A stretch of 56,849 nucleotides of DNA, filler included, from Sphacelaria rigidula (taxonomy: Eukaryota), in assembly GCA_964200075.2 (NCBI GenBank). It is 7 parts of 7 records of this genome, joined end to end, with 100 filler letters (N's around TTAATTAATTAA, not from the genome) between each part and the next. Parts side by side here need not be neighbours in the genome. Positions count along the whole stretch, not along the records: positions 24,409 to 32,444 come from CAXNAA020012551.1; positions 32,545 to 40,579 come from CAXNAA020012552.1; 5 more parts are not named here. One strand, written 5' to 3'. Positions within the stretch are counted from its first letter, which is position 1, and each line of letters begins with the position of its first letter. This document shows, one piece after another, positions 24,409 through 37,300 of the stretch. The position numbers and the translations under genes were made by a program. A model generated the notes under the pieces. The model had not been told where the DNA came from. It made no database searches and worked only from the letters and a program-made list of their open reading frames with translations.

Positions 24409-25835
24409 CGAAAATCAAATCGGACACCGTTAAGGGCTCGTATAAACATAACGGACTTTACATATGGGACAGAGGAAGTATCTAACAGCGTAGTATTTTC
24501 TCTCTAGGGATTTGATTGACAGTTGATGAATCAAGAGCAAGGTGCGCCGGGGCTTTTCTGCTCACCGTAGTCAATAATCGCTCTGGCAAAATTTGGTTCA
24601 GACTCATTCCTATTACGCTATTCTCAGGGCAAATTGTGTGAGTACCTCGCCACTAAAGGACCAAGCAAGAGTTTCAGGGTCAACACTTGATGACACAAGC
24701 TGCAAATGCAATAGGAAGCCGTTTATGTGTCAGGGGGCAGTTTATGTGTCAGGATGCACCTCTGTAGTCGCGGTGAGACCATAATTTGTGCAAAGGTTGT
24801 CTAGAGTAGGGAGGGCACAGGTATCAAAATAAACGCGAGGCAGTAATGTCAACACGTGCATTGAACGTGGATATAAGGTCGGTATTATTTAGTAACATGT
24901 AGATTTTACGACAAACACACCGAAACATTCACCATAAAGCTGCAGGAACCAAAACGCTGAGTGTGCAGCAAGCAGGGCAATACCGCGCGAGCAACGCGAT
25001 ATTATTTTCACCTCCATTGCTGCACACTCTTCACCCAAACGAATGAAGGATATGTAGTTCATCAAGGGCTCGCCAGCGAGCGGTGGTTGATCTCCTTCCA
25101 AATATGCTATGGTGGCTCGCTTGAGGGCTGAAACGCAAAAGGACCGGAACTGTTCACATCGAAAGAGCATCCAGCGAAAACGTATGTGTCCGCGGTGCTG
25201 GCATCTACTTGCCGAGGAATAACGACCCCGATATTTGTACCCATGCCAACAAGTTCCATACGGTTACACACCACTGTCCCGGTGTGATATCTCTGCTCAC
25301 ACGGGCCGCAAGCTTTCCTCGCCGCTGTACTGCGGTACTGCACCGCTGTTGTGCAGAATGGCTGGAACCCTAGCCAAACATTACTCAAAACCTGAGTTGT
25401 TGACGTAGCGCACGGGAGTGATTTTGGTATCCTAATCTCGCCAAAGTTGAATTGTAGGCTCAGGTTTTAGGCGCTAGGGTTTGAATCAGAGAATTTTGAC
25501 ATTCTATAAACTGAACCGTATGGTGAATCACTACTCTAGTTACACTTGTTTTTGCCCGAAACTGCCTATTGAGGCGTAGTTTCCGTCTTATCACCTCTAC
25601 CTGGCATTCTGCGCCTGCGGTGCCCAGAAAGTATTTTGAGAGACGCTAGGTTGATATTACTTTTCTTTGAACCTTGAAGCTGACCTTGAGATGGAGTAAA
25701 CACGACGAGGAGTAACGCAGCAGGCTGTGGTTTCACGTCTCGAGGAAGTTGGTTCCATCCTTTGCATGTCGCAAGTCTCAATGACACGACCATATTCTCT
25801 CTTTGAAAACACGGACACCAAATCGCCGTGACCAG

Positions 25836-28276
25836 CGGCTGGAGGAAAAGCTATACTACGAGAAGGAGCGACTCAAGCAGGATAAGGAGTTTCAGAAGCT
25901 GGCCAAAATGCGATATGAGTATGATGCCATGCCCATGGAGAGGCAGTGCCATCGCTACCGCTGGCGACAGACGAAGAACACGATGGATGTTGAGATACCC
26001 ATGCTCAAGGCCTGCGACGACGACCAGTTGTGGCTGGTCGTAGAGAAGGATCAACTCCAGGTGGCGGTCAGGAACGATGATAGTTTTGGAGCCGTCACGG
26101 TAAGTGGATTTTGAACTGCTCGATCTCGACTTGGTAGTTTGCAATGTTTTTTTGTTTACGATGGCCTTTTCTCGTGTTTCGGGTGACGTGTGTGCAGAGT
26201 CTGAACTCCCATAGATGACAAAATTGCTGATGCTCTACTGGCAGTGATTATTGGCAGTTCCGAGTAAGCATCTGAAGCAAGGGCTCGGCACATGGGATGT
26301 CCTGGACCCGGCGTGCGTTTTCTTGGTCTGCGCTAACGTTCGCGCTGCACTGTATGTTCATCTTCGATTATGGACTCTGGTTATTTAATCGCACATGTGC
26401 AGGGCTTCTTCCCTGGGGAGGTGAACCGCGAGGAGTGTACCTGGCGCGTTCACCAGCGGGGTGGTGAGGCGTTCGTAAATCTAAGGATTGTTAAGGCGGC
26501 CCACAAAGGTAATTTCAAAGTTGTCGACTTTTGTAGTCTTTTCTTGCCTCTCACGCCGTCAGTCTCGAGCCTTAACGATGTCGGTTGCACCCTTCAACCC
26601 TCAGGCTACGATCATCCACCGCCCCTCCCAGATGCAGTTGTTAGCTTGAAGCTTAAGTTGAGTTCCCCTCGTTTTTGTTTTCACAGTGTGGACACCGTCC
26701 AGTCTTTGAGCTTTTGCCGTCCCATAGATATGCAGAGGCCATACGGGCGGAAGTAGCGTCCAATAAAAAATTCCGAGCAACGTGGAGCGTTTGTCTAGCC
26801 GATTTCACAGCAAACGAAGCCTGTTGCGTAAGCTCGTACTGGGTGAGGACAGGTCACAATACTATCAGGTACCTTGAGCGGACAATGTCATGCACTCCCT
26901 CCGTGGACTGCCCCTTTCGGAACGCATGCTGCACCGCCCCGTCGTCATATTTCTGTCGAGGTTCCATGTGCAGTTCAGTTGACCAGCCAAATGATGCAAC
27001 TCAGATGTAAGCTTGCAATGCTTCATGAGTAAGACGTTCGATTCTTTGCGGAATGCTGCTTGGCCACTTGTAACTTTCGAACTGTGTCAGGAGCACTTGA
27101 TGACACCTCTGCGTTCGGGGAGCAAACGTGTGCACCCTCTGAGCATGTGTCACGTTGGCAACTCGAGCTCTGTCGTCACTGCAATATGTCGCCCTCTGCA
27201 GTAAAACTGACTGATGTTTGCTCTTTTTCGGTTGTGCATGCGCGCTGACTCGACTTTCAGCGACATATGAGTTGTGGGGCGAACTGCTGCAGGGTGAAAA
27301 AGAGAGCCCAACGATTCGGTTTCAGGGTAGGACAGACCGATATAGGTGGAGACAAAATGCCGAGACAATCGAGGTTAGTTTTTGCCAATGGTAGCCTTTC
27401 GTTGTTTTACTCCTCTGCGTGCCGTGACACTTCGCTCGCCACGTATCTCCATGAACCACATCTGTGCACAGCTTGTATTTGTCCAAGGTGCCTGCGGCGC
27501 ATATTTTTGGTTTTGGGGCATTATTTCTGAAACATACATTGTTTTTTGTTGATTGTCCAACAAGTGTTCGTGTTTTTGTGCTCGGGGAGCAGGTGCAAAT
27601 TCCCGTGCCAGCTGATGTCACGAAGAGAAGAACACGCCTCGAGCTGGACCCGTCTCGGATGAAATTGTCATTCAAAAACGTACCGGAATTCAAACCGCTG
27701 GAGGGGAAGTTCAAGGGCCTCATGAGCCCCATGGACTCTGTTTGGATGATAGGTGAGCACGACCGTAGGATTTACATTACTCCGCCTTTGTTGTATCTAC
27801 GCAACCATATATAGAATGGCCTGCGAACAACAGGCTCTCTTGGGATTCGTTAGCTTGTGGCTATGGTGTCTTGACAGGGATTCTGCGTAGTGGTATACGG
27901 CGTTCAACGGTGTGCACCCACTGCGCATGCACGAACACAGCCACGCGATGTCCACGTCAAGCTGGAATGCCGCATAGAAAAGTTGATTCACTGTTGTGAA
28001 AAGAAGAGACCCCAACATTGCCGAAGTGAACCGGTGAGGGTTATCACATTCACCTCTGCTTTTGATTCACAAACAGTGAAACAAAATGGTAGTACAAGGC
28101 ATGTACCAAGCGAAAGTCTCACAAGCCGTTCGACCGTTGCCCTGTCTACGCGTTTTTGCGCAGACGAGGATGGCGAGGGCCAAAAAGTTTTGGCCCTTAC
28201 GATCAAGAAGCGAAGGGATGCAAAAGATCGCACAGCATGGTGGAGCGGAGTTTTGGAAGGCGATGACAAGTGGTAG
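25836..28276 (+). CDS. Protein with two CS (p23/NudC, HSP20-like) domains, 5' partial
   Basis: Five phase-consistent exons: 25836-26099, 26403-26508, 27261-27373, 27593-27752 and 28164-28276 (TAG). Two repeats of YRWRQ..(D/E)VxIP...G.F.G.....S/C.W.....L.I.K.....W..LL/VL.G, the CS-domain signature. Confidence 0.85.
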
Positions 28277-29153
28277 CCGGTTGTGTGTGCATGTGTCATG
28301 TTAGGTTGTGGACCCAGATACATTGTTCACCGAAGCGCAGGTATTCCAAATGCAAATACAGTTGCAGGCACGTACGTCGCATTTCGAGAGAAAAGCCGGA
28401 CGTGGGTCGTTGTTCTGCGTGTACCGGGCTTTTGTGCTCGTTCGAATGCACCGCCTAGCCATTGTGAGGCTACATATTCCAGAGCACCGACTGTAGCAGC
28501 CCGACCAGAATTTTTCAGCACACCACTCTATACACCTCATTTTGACAGTATTTGAATAGAGTAAATCGTGCAGTCAATCGCATCGCTGCATATCACATCC
28601 TAGGAGTGGGTTATATACAGGTAGAGTCGACAGCAAGTGCGTATTTTCTGTGGCAACTGTACTCCTTTCGGGTGTTTCTTTCCTCGTAAGACTGTAGACA
28701 CTGTTCTGTGCGTGCCAGATATCACACCCTCGCAATCTTCGTACTACCTTGTTTTTCGTCGCGGGTTGGTAAGACGCTGTGCGGACTACAGCGTGCCCTG
28801 CGTATCCGATCGGGAACCTCCTCTCACTCCACTAATCTCGAAGTCTGCTTGAAATTATCAGCCTGTTTCTGTGGCATTCGGTAAAAATCGCTCTACCCCA
28901 CGGCGAGCCAAAACACGTATCTTCAATGTCTGTACATGCAACGGTTGATCGACGCATGCCTGCAGGAGCACGGAAGGCACAGCAATAGAGAGAGAGGTAC
29001 GAAGTAGTTTTGATAACGGGGGGCTACAACACAAGGATAATCAACATTACACTTGTGTCAACGGCAACATCGAGGCAGCTACCAAGTCAAACCGAACGAG
29101 ATGTGTCCCTGAAGCTGAATATTATCCAAGAAACAGTCTCCTGCTTACCACTG

Positions 29154-30338
29154 TCACAACCACGCTTGGGTTGGTGAACTCCATATCAAGGACGACCAGT
29201 TCACGGCACCTCCTGCGTTGTCACCTTCCCCTCGCAACCCGCTAGTAGTACCGGTATTTTTCCTACTCTCCGATTTACACCCGCTGCTCCCTACTCCTTC
29301 TTCGCGCTCTTCTCTTTGCGCCGAAAGCTCGTCGAAAATGCGGCCTCTTGTTTCCGCCGCGGATAGCTCGTGTCGTGATCTCCTACGTCCGCGCCGCGAA
29401 GCAGCGGGTGATGATGAGCTGTGGCGCGTGGCATGCATAGGATGAGGTGCCGTGGCCGGCCGACGATGTCTGTGATCGAAAGAATATTCCTCCCCGAAAC
29501 GATTCCAAGCGTTGTTGTCCCTAACTTCTTGTTGCTCCTCTCTGCACCAAAAGCTGCTCGGGCTCTCCCGAAGCCCACACGCAGGACTCCAACTACCGCT
29601 GTGATCACTTGGCAGCGCCGACACCGGACGGCCGTGACCTTCCCTCTTTCCTGGTCGCATACGCCGTATGCCGAAAGACTTGTCGCTCGGCGTTGCAGAC
29701 ATTGGCCTACCTAAGCCCTCCCGCCGGCTGGGTCGCGGCCGTGATACCCCCCCTGTTTGGTTTCCCGGGGGCGCGGTTAACGGCCGTCCCCAACCCTCCG
29801 ACGGTGATGCAGTAGACCCGAAAGTTCCCCAAGCAGAAAAATCTTGATCCGGAACAAGCACTTTCAGGGGTGAGCCAGGTCGTAGCAACGGCACGGTCGC
29901 CCCCTTGGTTACTGTTGTTGAACCTGGGCGGGGGACCCCTAGGTTACCAGGGACGGGGGCAGGAGGTCGCACAGACGAATTCCGATGGGTGTGTGTTGGG
30001 GGGGGAGGAAGATCGTCCGGTCCTCCGCCCTCCAGGAGCGGTGTCCACGATATGCCGGGGAAGATCGTTGAGATGTAGGATGGGCAGACAATTAGCACGC
30101 TGAGGGGACACACGACGGCCTCTTCTCCCGGGGCTACTCGCAGGCTTAGTCCTACTGGCGGCCGTGAAAGATTGAGGGCGGCCTGAAGTTGCAATGCCAG
30201 CAATGAAGTTTCACGAGCCACCATGGTGGTTGAGAGTGAGTTGAGATCGATCTCCCACACACGGTCTTTGTATTGCACTGAAACCTTGTCGCAGCTGTCG
30301 ACCAGGGTATCAATGCCGTTAAAGGCCATCCTGATCCC
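29154..30338 (-). CDS. Hypothetical protein, long exon (globular-looking N-part then Pro/Ser/Arg-rich disordered region)
   Basis: ~400-codon open frame, far longer than background here. Candidate upstream exons at 30435-30644 and 30782-~30985, but the splice phases are not fully reconciled. Confidence 0.55.
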   Translation of the reverse strand, partial: GIRMAFNGIDTLVDSCDKVSVQYKDRVWEIDLNSLSTTMVARETSLLALQLQAALNLSRPPVGLSLRVAPGEEAVVCPLSVLIVCPSYISTIFPGISWTPLLEGGGPDDLPPPPTHTHRNSSVRPPAPVPGNLGVPRPGSTTVTKGATVPLLRPGSPLKVLVPDQDFSAWGTFGSTASPSEGWGRPLTAPPGNQTGGVSRPRPSRREGLGRPMSATPSDKSFGIRRMRPGKREGHGRPVSALPSDHSGSWSPACGLRESPSSFWCREEQQEVRDNNAWNRFGEEYSFDHRHRRPATAPHPMHATRHSSSSPAASRRGRRRSRHELSAAETRGRIFDELSAQREEREEGVGSSGCKSESRKNTGTTSGLRGEGDNAGGAVNWSSLIWSSPTQAWL

Positions 30339-31180
30339 TTGCAGTGAGTGCGGCGCAACTATCAATACTAATTACAGTATGCCCGTCGTTGAGCCTGTGC
30401 CTTCAAATGCTGTGGGGGAAAGGTAGAGTCCTACCTTTAGGCCCTGAAAGCTGCACGATTCAGACAGAAAACACAGGGAAACGCCGGATGACACGGACGT
30501 ATTGGATCTGGAGACTATGGTTTGACGACCTGCGATTGGTATCCGTGCGGTCTTTTGTTTGGTCAAGTTTGACCGCCGTTTGAGGATTTTGAACTCAATG
30601 CTGGACCTCTCATATGCGACTCTTGTGGCGGGTTTCTTCTTCACCTGAGATTTTCTGATAGATTTGGAGCAAGGCCTACTAGAATTGCCGGCGGGCTGTA
30701 TGTATATATGAGCACACCTACGTTTCGAGCTTTACTATACGGCGGCTAAACAAAATGCACAATGAATGAAACCAGCCTCACCGCATCCGCTGCTAGACCC
30801 TTGAGAAAAGGTACGTAGCCGCGCTCTGGCTTCAGCTTCCCACCCAACACGAATACTTGTAAACCTCCCGATTGTGAGAGTTCCTCTTGTTTGTTGGCAG
30901 AAATATCTCGCAATTTTGAATACTTCCGGAGATTCGTACTAAGAAATGTTTGCCGATGTTCGTCGCTACTTGGCTGATCGAGCACTGAACACTTCGGTGG
31001 AGCCTCGAGTAGTTTGAAATGTCGAGTGAAACGGATTTTCAGTATTGCGCCCAGCGAAAGTTTTTTTTTCTAGCGACGTAGACGCCTCCGCGAGAACCGG
31101 TGGATAATGGCAAATGTCCAGTTTAGCACATTATGCAGTAGAAGAGACGCTTTGGACACTTCACGTTCCATCGCTCCCTC

Positions 31181-31927
31181 ATGGGTTGCAAGCGCCCGAT
31201 ACTGGCAATGTCGGGAGCCTGCAAACTCGCGATGATACCAGGTGCGCTTTCGTTTGTGATACGCAATGCCGCCAGTTATGGCCCAGCGACACCAAACAGA
31301 TGCTCATCATGGGCAGTGAACGACAGAGCCTGGGCATGCAGGCGAAGTTGTCGCACTAGCGCAGCGTCAACTAAACCAAGATGCTTCGTGCTCACACCGA
31401 CTAGTATGGCCAGCGATGGTAGTATTGATGGCAGTGAGGGGGAGAAGAAGAAGATAGTGTTTCTGGGGACGCCGTATGAGGCGGCGATATCTCTAGAGCT
31501 ACTCCTCCAGGCATCCCGAGACAACGGCACTCAAGGCCCAGGATTTGAAATAGTGCGAGTGGTGTCCAATCCTCCCGCACGAGCAGGCAGGCAAAAGACG
31601 CGCACGCCATGCCCGGTGCAATCCCTAGCTGAGAATGAGGGGATTGCAGTCATGACACCGATAACGGCTCGAGATGAAGCTTTCCTCGAGGAGTTTGAAG
31701 CCCTGCAACCGGATCTGTGTATCACCTCGGCTTATGGACAGTTCCTGCCACAGAGGTTTTTAAATATTCCAAAGTTTGGGACGTTGAATGTCCATCCCTC
31801 GCTGCTGCCAAGATATCGGGGAGCGTCTCCTGTACAACGATGTCTTGAGGCTGGAGAAACGGAAACGGGCGTGACTGTTGCGTTCACTGTTCTCAAGATG
31901 GATGCCGGACCTATTGTACGGCAGAAG
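31181..31927 (+). CDS. fmt: Methionyl-tRNA formyltransferase, organellar, first exon (3' partial)
   Basis: KIVFLGTP, VVSNPP, PDLCITSAYGQFLP, NVHPSLLPRYRGASPVQ, ETGVT, MDAGPI. Donor AAG|GTGAGG at 31927/31928. ~85-aa N-terminal extension. Confidence 0.95.
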
Positions 31928-32444
31928 GTGAGGGAAAATCTCCGCCATACGACCATCCCCGCACATGACGAAGTATTACACCCCCGTCATAGATTTGGAC
32001 ATCGATGAAAGTCCCGAGAATGGACATCCTCCCGCACGACCCTCTTCGTCGACATATTTCAAGACTGTATTTCTAAGATGTATGCAACCCTCGATGACGT
32101 GGTTGCCGCATTTGTCGAGACGAAAAGATTGCAGAATTAATAACTCTTTTTGCCCACCTTTTATCCTCTAACCTTAATTCCTCTATAAGCGGGGTAAGGG
32201 TGGAAAGCCGAGCGGTGTACTTATTTTGTGACCTGATCGAAGAACTGATGGACTGGAAAATGGTGCTGTACAGTTATCAGTAATAGTTGGACAAATGGCG
32301 AAGCCGCAGCGCGACTTCAACTGCAATGCTAGCTAACCTCTTGTGACAGGTGGTGTGACAGCTTGGCCCTGAAGATTAACCGTTTTGGGACCGGGCCTCC
32401 AGAACGACCAATGAGGCTGGTCAGGAATGACGTGTCTGGCGTCT

Positions 32445-32544
32445 NNNNNNNNNNNNNNNNNNNNNNNNNNNNNNNNNNNNNNNNNNNNTTAATTAATTAA
32501 NNNNNNNNNNNNNNNNNNNNNNNNNNNNNNNNNNNNNNNNNNNN
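32445..32544. other. Artificial contig linker
   Basis: N-run/TTAATTAATTAA/N-run. Confidence 0.98.
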
Positions 32545-33098
32545 GAAAGGGAGTACATACTGCCAACCTCAGAAGATCCGGTGCCGCAGGTGAATGGACA
32601 AAACAAAAGGTTATCTCACTTCTTTTGCCCACGCCCACTATACTTATCGCGCAATCCTGGTGTATCGTCACCTTACAAAACAGTGCTCTCCAAGGAGTCC
32701 GATTCCATTTGGTAACATGTGTGTGTGTGTTGTGTCTATTGGTGACATGTGTGAGACAAAATAGTCATGTACAGGAAAATGTGTGGGAAAAAATTAGATT
32801 AGATACGTCATTTGCCCGTGCCCAAGTTAGTCATGCCGTATAGCAGAGTCATTGCGCACTTTCGGTGTATTGTCACTTAACAGTGCGCTTCAAAGAGTCC
32901 AATCCCATGGGTCACGAGAAGCTGGTAGTACTTTCACTCCCAATAAAAGACACTCGCGAGGACCTCCGCTGATTTTAACTCGGGTACGCTTACCCTGTGA
33001 CCACAGGGCTGGGCTGTGATTTGTAGCGCATCGGTGACTGTGAGACTCTTCAACCAACTAATCAGTCAATGCGCAAGCATTAGGAGTCAAAATCACAC

Positions 33099-34334
33099 CT
33101 GAACAACACCCTGGCCCTGCACCAGGGTTTCCAACCCTGGCAGGCGTTTCGCAGTGTTTTCCAACGCCCGTCGCACCCTGCTTGGAAAACGACCAAATCA
33201 TGCACGCGAGTACAGGGGAAGGCCGTGAACCATGAAATCATGGCTTGAGCGCCTTGGGTGATCAAAACGGACGTATTTTATTGATTGCTGGATTGGTTGG
33301 TTGATGAGTCTGATCCGCTACGAATCATAATCCAGCCGTGGTCATATGAATGAGATATAACCGAGAGAGCAAATCGGGGAAAATCGCTGAACGAAACTCG
33401 AGAAAGGGAAAATATGGAGAAGGACGATGGTACCGAGTAGACTGCTCCAACTCCACCCCTCCCAAAACACCAGGTTAACATCCAGCACCGCTTCAGGAAC
33501 AAACAAATTAACCAGAAACAGGAGGCCTCTGCTGCAGGGCTTCAGGTGAGACCCGGTCTTAACAGAAGACAAAAATTATAATAATTTCTTGACAGTGAGA
33601 ACGAGAGCGACCAGCAAAAACCCATGCGGGGAAACCGTTTCACGTTCCCCTTTGCATTTGGGTCGGATTAATCCTTCGTTCTCACAAAAATGAACTCTAG
33701 AACAACTACTGTAATCTGTATGGAAACGGAAGAGCTATTTGATGAGAATGCAAAGGGGAACGTGAAATAGTCGCCATGCACGGGATTTGGTTCGGCATGG
33801 CCATTTCATCATCACAATTTCGTTCCCATTTTTTTTTGTCTCAATAGGACAGGGCCTGGGGAGATCGTAGAAGAACAAAACAAACAAGCACAGCACAAAG
33901 CAGGGCAGGGGAAGCAGGTTGGGACCCAAGGACCCAAGGACCCAAGGACCACACGACCCATACACCTAGCGACCACATTATCTGGGCAAATATTCTCACC
34001 CACGAGCTCTGCACGTGCGAGACACAAACACGGCTTCGTCGCATAATGAGGTACTCCGCTACGAGTCTAGCAGTGGTTCGAAGACTGGCGTATCCAAGGT
34101 AAATACCGGAACACTCGGTACAGGAAACTCGAGCAGAAAATGAACAAAATACGGAAATAAAAAAAGAGATGACACAATTCTTTTCTGGATCTTTCCATTT
34201 ATTTCCTTTTACAATCTCATTTTGGGTATAGATAGCCTGTGACCACGATAGGCGTTCGCATCAGATGTCAAGGCCGGGAACAGAAGTACTGCGCCGATAT
34301 CGGAACGATTTTTCAACGTAATGACTGCAACAAT

Positions 34335-34366
<32 letters not shown>

Positions 34367-37300
34367 AATATCAAGCGAGGGAGACACCAGCCTCACAGTA
34401 GGAATTCAAAATTGGCAGGGTACTAACACAGAACAGGATGTACATTCCCACAAAAAACAAAAAATTGTCGTCAGCGTGTTAACACGTTTGCGCACCAGGC
34501 CTCATTCCGGAGCGATAACACCCATCGACTGATCTTCAACGTTGGGAAAACATCGCAATGGCGGCCCGAAACTACCTGTTGTTTGCGAGCATCGTCTCGG
34601 ATGATACAACGACATTTTGTGTGTGCCATGATACTCAAACCCCAATCTCTACATAGCATTCAACCGAAGCAGTTGATTGATTGATTGATTGATTGTTGCT
34701 CTTCAGTTGAACCCCCAGGAATCCAGTTGTTCACATTTTCAAAGACCCCACCTGGGGTCCATCTAAAGCACCTGGCCCCAGAAGGGGTAGCCTCTTTGGT
34801 TGGCCGCGAGATCTTGTGCCGCGGATCGATCCTACACCAAGCGCTGCGCTATACAAGGGCGTGAACAAAAAAACTACCCTTAGGCTGCTTCTTATGTATC
34901 GAAAAATGAATCTTGTTGAAAAGTGCATTTTTGAGCCTTCTTCATCGTTTTCGCCCGAAAAGAGGACCAGGGGGATGTTGAAACCTTGGAATGACTTGCT
35001 GTGCTCGTTGAGACCGTTCCAGAGCACCTTTGCGTTTCCTGTAGGTCAAGATTTTGCTTTTGACCAAGCTTGCATTTTCAATAACAGACGGTCAAGTTAT
35101 GAGAAAACAGGGGGGAAACTACCATTTTTTTATAACTTGACCGTTTGTTGTTGAAAATGCTGGTTTGGTCAAAAACAAAAGTGTGACTTGCGGGAAACGC
35201 AAAGGTGCTCTGGAGCGGTCTCGAGGAGCACAGCAAGTCATTCCAAGGTGTCAACATCCCCCAGGCCCTCTTTTCGGACGAAAAACGATGAAGAAGGCTC
35301 AAAAATGCACTTTTCAACCCGATTCATTTTTCGATACATGACAAGTAGCCTTAGGCCGCTCCGTATAACAGACAAAAATAAAAATCTGGAGAAGTGCCTT
35401 TTTGCAGCTTTTATGTCGTTTCACGCCCCAAAAGACAGCTAGGCGGAGTTTGACACCTTGGAATGATTAGCTCTACTTGTTGACGCGGTTCCACGACATC
35501 TTCCTGTTTTCCGGTGGCCGCCGCAGTTTTCATTTTTGATCAAACAAGAATTTTTGTCCAAGAACTGTAAAAAACAATCAAATCTCGAAAAAATCGCCAT
35601 TTTTCTCTGGACTTGACTCTTTTCTACTGTTCTCAGACAAAAATTCTTGTGTGGTCAAAATGAAAACTGCGGCTACCGAAAAAAGGGAAGATGTCCTGGG
35701 ACCGTCTCGACTAGTAGAGCAAGTCATTTCAAGGTGTCAACCTCCGCCTAGCTCTCTTTTGGGGGTAAAACGACGTAAAAGCTCCAAAAAGGCACTTATC
35801 CATATTTTCATTTTTGTCTGATATCAGGAGCGGCCTTAGCTCAACAATATACAGTGTGGGTTCCTACCCCGCATAGCGCGGTGGGTCGTCGCCCAGCTCG
35901 GTATGACCGCACTCTATGGGGGCCCCGCACTACATGAGTACGGCGCAAATTACTTCACATTCTTACAGCCGATCAGATTTCTGACGTGCTTGTAATCGCA
36001 CCACCATGAGACCCGCACTTTAGAAGACCGCACTGTGGTAGGAGCTCCACGATACCGTACATGAGTCAGGGTTGGAGATCAGGACATGCAAGGCATGTTG
36101 TCATTAGATATGATGCGCACAGATAGGATTTTGGATTTGGTCCACTGTACGATAGCGTCGGGTCTACCGGCCTTGAAGGTCAGCCAGTGATACCGTTCCG
36201 AAGCGCAGCCTCGCGCTCAGATGTATTGAAATATTACCTGTGCACGCTGGTCTTCGCCGTGGGGAATTTTTGCTTCATCCCGGAAAGCAGCAATGCCACC
36301 ACTCCAGCGCAGTTGGGACTAGCCATGCTGGTGCCCATCATCAGTTGCTTCTTCTGTAACGTCCAGTTTGGTACCGGGGAAATTGCACCGCCCGGAGCCA
36401 TCACGCTGACGCCTGCGAATTTCGTATCATGTCGCCATAATCGATTTATTGAAAAAGCCATTTAGCTGTGTACCTCCTTTCACAGTGGCGGGGTGACCAA
36501 AAACGAACTGCTTATTTCCTTTTCAGCACGGGAGGAAAGTATTATGTCATATTCCATTGTTGGCGGTGGCCATCATAAAAGTACTTGCTTGTTCTGTATA
36601 ACGTCCAGGTTGGTACCCTGGTGATATTATACCCTCCGGAGCAATGATGTTCACAGTGTATTGTGTCATCTTCAATTGTGAAGCGATGACCTAATAACCT
36701 TCCAATCAAATGACTACTCGAAATATTTTTTATGTCAGTCACCAATCTCGATTAATACGCAGATCGGGTAAATTCAAATCGAGAAACGCCGATTATGGCC
36801 CCCAATACGACCCAGATCGGGGAAGCTCAAACCGGAATGTCACGGTCTGAGAACAATTTCCCTGTATTTGGGCTCCAAATCAGGGAAAATCGAGGTCCCC
36901 CAAATCCGAGGGAAAATAACGTGGGTACAGTGACGTACGGCCAATGGACAAGAGGCTTTTGATCTTCCGAAACAGCAGCAGCACACAGTCTCGTGTCAGC
37001 ACAGACCGTACCCACCAGAGCCAGCTGCTGGAGCAGCTTCGCAGCACAGGTAGCGCGCGCGGGATTTGACAAGCGGATAAGAAGTGTGGATGCCGTACCC
37101 TGCGGCGATGGCAAAATACTGCACAGCACTGCACTGCCGTACGCATCACCGTAACGAACCGTACTTGCAGGGTAATGTACGGCACTGCACTCGTACTGCA
37201 CTTCTCTCATACACTTTTCTCGCAATACTGACTGTACCATTACGTAGTAACGCACGGCATCATCGTGTACTGTGATGGTGGAGTATACTGCATTGTATTA

